From a bacterium (GTDB lineage Bacteria > Zixibacteria > MSB-5A5 > GN15 > FEB-12): DNA of 34,270 nucleotides. The stretch is from NCBI GenBank assembly GCA_043826475.1, contig JBDRQG010000375.1, positions 1 to 34,270 of the forward strand, given 5' to 3'. A program made the translations under genes and the position numbers. The number at the start of each line of letters is the position of its first letter. Position 1 is the stretch's first letter. A model generated the notes under the pieces. The model was not told the DNA's origin, made no database searches, and saw nothing but the letters and a program-made list of their open reading frames with translations. Below are positions 29,467 to 34,270 of the stretch, one piece after another.

Positions 29467-31347
29467 TTAATTTGTTGGATTTCTTTCCAAAAGCTTGTCT
29501 ATATTCTCTTTAATCCGTTCAACATACCAGGGAACCAGTTTTGTCACCCATTTCATATGAATTTCAGCCTTTTCAGGTTGTTTATTTAACAAGGCATAAA
29601 CATATAGGTCCATATGAGCTTCGAAAATCAATGAATCCTGTTTAACTATCGAGTTTAGCATATTTTGGGCTCGTTCATGGTCCTGAAGTAACATATGACA
29701 CTTGGCTTTTTTATAAGCGAGATACAAATACGGCGGCAGGTTTTTAAATTCTTTAAACGCCAGATTGAATTGTACCAAAGCTTTCTTATAGTCATTTTTA
29801 CTAAAATACTCCAGTCCAAGCTTGTAGTAATCTACGTAAGCAAGAGGATAAATTGGACTTATCTCACCTGTTATTGGGCGAACCTTCTTATATGCCGGTT
29901 TGAGTGATCCTTCGGTATAAGAAAGAGTTTGAAAATACCAACCAACCATTCTATATGATTGCAAAAAAGCCGGATAAAGGAGCAAAGCCTTTTCTGCCGG
30001 TGCTGAAGGTTTGATTCCGGTAGAAAAAATGATATAATCCGGTTCACGATGCAATATGTAGGCCGAATTGTGTTTCCGTTCCTTCCAGGTTGTTTCCATA
30101 CCCGCTATTTCAGGTTCAGCGTGGCGGGCTATGGTTGAATCGGTCAATCCCAGCATATCAATAATATCATGTCCAATCAGTACATATCCGAAGCTGCCTA
30201 TGGTTGGTAAAGCTACCGTGAAATTTGAGCTGTCGGTTTCTTTCATTTTCTCAGCCATCAGCCTCATCTTCTCAGTAAATTCAATTTCAAGAGCATTATA
30301 GGTTGAAACGAATTTATATGGAAGATAGACTGTAAAGGCTAAAAGAATGATTGAAACCACCGAAACAATCACGGTCTTATTCTTATTACTTATATTATTC
30401 GTCAAATAAGAAAGTGAAAGTGTTATCAAAACAGCGAATGTTCCTAAAAGCGGGATGAAAAAACGATGGGCTTTCAGTACATCACCCCCAACCAGAATTA
30501 TATAAATGAAATACAAAATGGTAAAAAACCAAATGGCTTTAACTGATGAAGTCAGTTTTTTATAAAATATCAGCGGCAGGAGTAATCCAATTCCAAAAAA
30601 TCCATAATGATATAAAAACCGAACAGCATATTCGAGTCCGCTTGATAGTTGAGCAACGCCAATACCTGTTTTGGCATAAAACGGATTGGGGAGGATTGAA
30701 CCATAGTAGAACAGTTTGAATCCGATAAACGGGAGGGATAGTACAAAAGCGGTTATCCCGCAGGTTAAAGAATATTTTGGTAGCCCTTTTCTTTGTATTG
30801 ATTCAACAATTAGAAGCAGTAATGCTGCCAATCCCCCTTCGGGCCGAATCCAAACAGCGATAAGGAGGCCAAATATCAGCCAGTGGCTCTTCCTGATAAA
30901 ACATAGCAGAGAATACATCACAAAAAAAGCAAAGGCGGCTGTTTCCAAACCTGCTGGTGCCCAATAGGCAAGTGACATATTCAACCCGACCAGATAGGCA
31001 GGCAATAGACTCAATAATTTATTTTTCTCTCCCAGTACTTCAAGCGTAATCAGGTAAGTAAGATATATTATACCCAAGCCAAACATAAAGCCAATGATTT
31101 GGGACAGCAGTATGTAATCAAATCCTAATGATCCAAATAAAAGCAGCCATACTACCCAGGCAAAATTGGTGAAACCCTCTACTCTCTCCCCAATATTATA
31201 AACCAGTCCATTCCCGTTGAGATAATTGGCGACATATCTATAAGAGATATAGGCATCATCCTGCACGAAATTAAAATGATAAGCCAAAAATGAAAAGGCC
31301 AGCAAAGCAGGTAGTAATAACAGGATTGTTTTTTTTGATAGTCGCAA
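29467..31347 (-). CDS. Multi-pass GT-C fold glycosyltransferase-like protein (AftB-like motif) with C-terminal TPR-like region
   Basis: DDAYISYRY..N...GNGLVYN.GERVEGFTN, GLET, RPEG, YYG..LPNPFYAK, IDMLGLTD..IARH; many hydrophobic segments. Confidence 0.75.
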   Translation of the reverse strand: MRLSKKTILLLLPALLAFSFLAYHFNFVQDDAYISYRYVANYLNGNGLVYNIGERVEGFTNFAWVVWLLLFGSLGFDYILLSQIIGFMFGLGIIYLTYLITLEVLGEKNKLLSLLPAYLVGLNMSLAYWAPAGLETAAFAFFVMYSLLCFIRKSHWLIFGLLIAVWIRPEGGLAALLLLIVESIQRKGLPKYSLTCGITAFVLSLPFIGFKLFYYGSILPNPFYAKTGIGVAQLSSGLEYAVRFLYHYGFFGIGLLLPLIFYKKLTSSVKAIWFFTILYFIYIILVGGDVLKAHRFFIPLLGTFAVLITLSLSYLTNNISNKNKTVIVSVVSIILLAFTVYLPYKFVSTYNALEIEFTEKMRLMAEKMKETDSSNFTVALPTIGSFGYVLIGHDIIDMLGLTDSTIARHAEPEIAGMETTWKERKHNSAYILHREPDYIIFSTGIKPSAPAEKALLLYPAFLQSYRMVGWYFQTLSYTEGSLKPAYKKVRPITGEISPIYPLAYVDYYKLGLEYFSKNDYKKALVQFNLAFKEFKNLPPYLYLAYKKAKCHMLLQDHERAQNMLNSIVKQDSLIFEAHMDLYVYALLNKQPEKAEIHMKWVTKLVPWYVERIKENIDKLLERNPTN

Positions 31348-31365
31348 TTAATTCTCCTGATATCT

Positions 31366-32829
31366 TTAACTGTTCAGCAGGTTTTTATAAAGTTTCGAAT
31401 ATTCTTTGGCTGTTCGGCTCCAGGAGAAATCTTTTTTCATTCCGACTTTCATAAATTTGGTCCATGTTCGTTTTCTGGCAAAAAGATCAACGGCTCTTTT
31501 TATGGCTGCCAGCATCGCTTTTGGATCTTTTTCTTTAAAGACAAATCCAGTGCCATTATTGTGGTCAGGGCTGTAATCGATAACAGTATCAGCCAATCCG
31601 CCCACATGGCGCACGATAGGGATAGTACCGTATCTCAGAGAGTACATTTGATTGAGTCCGCATGGCTCAAAAATTGAGGGCATTAGAAAAATATCTGAAG
31701 CCGCTTCTATTTTATGCGCCATTTGATCATTAAACTTAAGAATAGCTTTACATTTATCGGGATACTTCTTTTCCAGATCTTCAAGTAGTTTATGGTATTC
31801 CGGCTGACCTGTCCCAACGACAATTAGCTGAACATTCATCGACAGAAGCTCATCGGCAGCCTCTTTAATCAGACTCCATCCTTTTTGTTCCTCAAGGCGG
31901 GAGATTATTCCAATAAGAGGGGCAGCATCCCTTATGGGTAATTTCAATTCGTTAAGAAGTTCAATTTTATTGGTTCGTTTGCCGGAGAGATTGGCAATAT
32001 GATAGGTGGTATGGATTTTATGATCCCGCGACGGGGACCATACTTTGTAATCAACACCGTTTAAAATGCCATATATATTTTCATTTCTCTCCTTAAGAAC
32101 CCCTTCAAGTCCGCAGCCGAATTCTTTTGTCTGGATTTCCTCTGCATATTTATTTGAAACTGTAGAAATGTAGTCCGCATAGGTAATTCCGGCTTTTAGA
32201 AAATTGACTTTTCCGTAAAATTCAAAGGGCCCAATGGCTGGCGCCATTAATTTATCAGGCAATTCCAGAAGTTTAAAACGTTCGGTCTTAAATTCTCCCT
32301 GAAAAGCCAGGTTATGAATGGTAAGGATCGATTTTATACCTGAATAGAACGGATCTTTTTCAAGAGAGGTTTTTAGAAATACCGGGACAAGGGCTGTCTG
32401 CCAATCATGAGCATGAAGAATATCGGGCTTGAAATTAATCTCTTTAAGCAAGGCCAGAACGGCGCGGGCAAAGAAAATATATCTTTCATCATTATCAGCA
32501 TAATCCTTACCGGTTTTCGGATCGAGATATATTCCTTCCCTATCGAAATAATGATCAGAACCAACAAGATATACTTCCATGTTGCTTTTTTTGAATCTGA
32601 TTTTGTTTATCTTCAAAGGGTAGCTCTGGTCATTGATTTTGATTTTGCTATTAGTTTCGACCGGTATAATCTTATTATCACCAATATCAATAGCTTTGTA
32701 GTGCGGTAAAAATACATTAATGTCGTTTCCCTGCTTCTGCATTGCTTCGGGTAATGCACCGAGAACATCCCCCAATCCCCCGGTCTTAATGAAAGGAGCC
32801 ATTTCTGAGGCTGCGTAGCAAATTTTCAT
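31366..32829 (-). CDS. glgA: Glycogen synthase (GT5)
   Basis: KTGGLGDV, HAHDWQT, TIHNLAFQG, RLEEQKG, FEPCGLNQMYSLRYG. Confidence 0.95.
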   Translation of the reverse strand: MKICYAASEMAPFIKTGGLGDVLGALPEAMQKQGNDINVFLPHYKAIDIGDNKIIPVETNSKIKINDQSYPLKINKIRFKKSNMEVYLVGSDHYFDREGIYLDPKTGKDYADNDERYIFFARAVLALLKEINFKPDILHAHDWQTALVPVFLKTSLEKDPFYSGIKSILTIHNLAFQGEFKTERFKLLELPDKLMAPAIGPFEFYGKVNFLKAGITYADYISTVSNKYAEEIQTKEFGCGLEGVLKERNENIYGILNGVDYKVWSPSRDHKIHTTYHIANLSGKRTNKIELLNELKLPIRDAAPLIGIISRLEEQKGWSLIKEAADELLSMNVQLIVVGTGQPEYHKLLEDLEKKYPDKCKAILKFNDQMAHKIEAASDIFLMPSIFEPCGLNQMYSLRYGTIPIVRHVGGLADTVIDYSPDHNNGTGFVFKEKDPKAMLAAIKRAVDLFARKRTWTKFMKVGMKKDFSWSRTAKEYSKLYKNLLNS

Positions 32830-32832
32830 TTT

Positions 32833-33879
32833 TTACTTATTTTCTTCCGAAATTTCTGGTAGTGTTTTAATTCGATTAGTTGACGGGTCAATGTCTCTTA
32901 AATATTGAGCCGCCTCTTCAGGGCTGGTGGGATTTATATAAAATCCAGATCCCCATTCGAATCCGGCTACTTTGGTTAGTTTGGGCATTATTTCGATATG
33001 CCAGTGATAATATTCATGATGCTCCTTTGAAACTGGCCGCGTATGGATGACAAAATTGAAGGGTGGATTATTGAGAGCTATTTTCAGACGGGCAAGAATA
33101 TCTTTCAAACTATGAGCCAGAACGGTAAAATCTGACTCGCTCAATTCGAGGTAGCTGGACTGATGGGTTTTGGGGAAAATCCAGGTTTCAAAGGGGAAGC
33201 GTGAGGCGAAAGGTTCCAGAGCGATAAAAGAATCATAATCTTTGACAATACGTTCCTTATCTATCAATTCCTGCCGGATAATATCACAAAAAACGCACCG
33301 CTCCTTAAAGTCATAATATCTTTTACTCCCTTCAATCTCTTCTACAACCTTTTTGGGAATAATAGGCGTTGCAATCAACTGGCTATGGCCATGTTCCAGC
33401 GAAGCCCCGGCAGAGGCCCCATGATTTTTAAATACAAGAATATATTTCAATCGGCGGTCCCGTTCCAGATCAAGCATTCTCTCCCGATAAGCCCAAAGGA
33501 CATCGCGAATAGCATTGGCATCCATCCCAACCATATCCAGAGAATGATCCGGCGTCTCAACAATTACTTCGTGAGCGCCTATCCCCTGCATCTTGTCATA
33601 GAGGCCGTGCGGTTCCCTTGTAAGAGTTCCCTCGACTTCAAGAGCCGGGTACTTATTGGGGAAAACTCTCAATGACCAGCCCGCTGTATTCGGTTCGGTG
33701 CCTGATTTTCTATAAGCCAATATTTCAGGCGGTGTATTCTCTTCATGTCCAGGGCAGAATGGGCATAATGTCGCCATGCTTGGTTGAGGAATTGAACTGT
33801 AGGAGCTGGGGCGGCGGCGACGTTTAGCTGAAATTATCACCCAGCGCCCGGTGACAGGATCTTTTCTTAATTCCGGCAT
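32833..33879 (-). CDS. galT: Galactose-1-phosphate uridylyltransferase family protein
   Basis: ELRKDPVTGRWV, CPFCPG.E, NKYPAL, GASLEHGHSQ (HxHxQ), HWHIEI, AGFEWGSG. Confidence 0.92.
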   Translation of the reverse strand: MPELRKDPVTGRWVIISAKRRRRPSSYSSIPQPSMATLCPFCPGHEENTPPEILAYRKSGTEPNTAGWSLRVFPNKYPALEVEGTLTREPHGLYDKMQGIGAHEVIVETPDHSLDMVGMDANAIRDVLWAYRERMLDLERDRRLKYILVFKNHGASAGASLEHGHSQLIATPIIPKKVVEEIEGSKRYYDFKERCVFCDIIRQELIDKERIVKDYDSFIALEPFASRFPFETWIFPKTHQSSYLELSESDFTVLAHSLKDILARLKIALNNPPFNFVIHTRPVSKEHHEYYHWHIEIMPKLTKVAGFEWGSGFYINPTSPEEAAQYLRDIDPSTNRIKTLPEISEENK

Positions 33880-33888
33880 CTATATTCC

Positions 33889-34269
33889 TTAACCCTTTCC
33901 CGGTCGGTTAAAATTCATGAGACCATCAAGATCAGTAATGCCTGTACTGAGGTGCTCTAAAATAACTTTTTCATCTTCTGAAATTTCTACCCCTCGCCGT
34001 TTCATCACCACCTCGGCTGTTTCAATCGCCTTGTCAAATTTATAATCTATATAACTTCCATTCCCACCCCATTTAAACGAAGGAATCTCTTTATCGGTAA
34101 TTAAACCACCTCCAAAGATATTACAGCAGACACCAATATTAATCCCAGTATTCAGAAGGGTTCCTATCCCGAACTTGGTATGATCTCCAATAAATGATCC
34201 GATTTTATTTAAGCCGGTATCGATTGAATTACCATTAAGGGAAACCCTAATATTTGAATAATTATTTTT
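33889..34269 (-). CDS. 5'-truncated GlmU-like putative sugar nucleotidyltransferase (C-terminal left-handed beta-helix region); absent from the ORF track
   Basis: Manual translation: KNNYSNIRV...DTGLNKIGSFIGDHTKFGIGTLLNTGINIGVCCNIFG...IPSFKWG...VMKRRG. The TAA at 33889-33891 lies 9 nt before the galT start. Confidence 0.8.
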   Translation of the reverse strand, partial: KNNYSNIRVSLNGNSIDTGLNKIGSFIGDHTKFGIGTLLNTGINIGVCCNIFGGGLITDKEIPSFKWGGNGSYIDYKFDKAIETAEVVMKRRGVEISEDEKVILEHLSTGITDLDGLMNFNRPGKG

Positions 34270-34270
34270 T

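Noticed and set aside
44-33675. Many short antisense or alternate-frame ORFs (for example 44..409, 9612..9947, 10848..11204, 16894..17199, 33385..33675)
   Set aside because: They are shadows of well-supported genes and show no motifs of their own.
1-34270. Genome-wide UGA reassignment (code 4 or 25) as the explanation for the TGA at 6038
   Set aside because: TGA acts as a true stop at natural protein ends (2049, 4931, 5781, 28618), and no other gene in the window is interrupted.

Overview
AT-rich, gene-dense bacterial chromosomal window. The gene content (dockerin-like lipoproteins with a FlgD/T9SS-type tail, several DUF1573 paralogues, GWxTD proteins) suggests an FCB-group organism such as Zixibacteria; this is inference only. 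In order it holds: two tandem secreted paralogues, DUF1573 genes, a C1B aminopeptidase, a GlcD-like FAD oxidoreductase, a Yip1-TolC-MacA-ABC (two permeases) cluster followed by two GWxTD genes, a K+-dependent membrane pyrophosphatase, an uncharacterised lipoprotein, a Zn-ribbon/PEGA/TPR protein with a two-CW protein, an S9 peptidase, ICMT-like, YjbQ and SPOR genes, a cysteine synthase/CBS-family gene, a ferredoxin, tRNA-Cys and tRNA-Gly, and a nucleotidyltransferase-galT-glgA-GT-C cluster. Main finding: the ORFs 5816..6040 and 6059..6580 are one reading frame interrupted by a single TGA (6038-6040). That TGA lies at the first Cys of the CxC motif seen in three intact DUF1573 paralogues in this window and is followed by a SECIS-like hairpin, so this is a candidate secreted UxC DUF1573 selenoprotein. 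Other notable signals are a candidate ~75-nt structured sRNA with its own promoter (28682-28761) and dense D-S/T-hydrophobic O-glycosylation-like sequons in exported proteins. No CRISPR array, rRNA or mobile element was seen.
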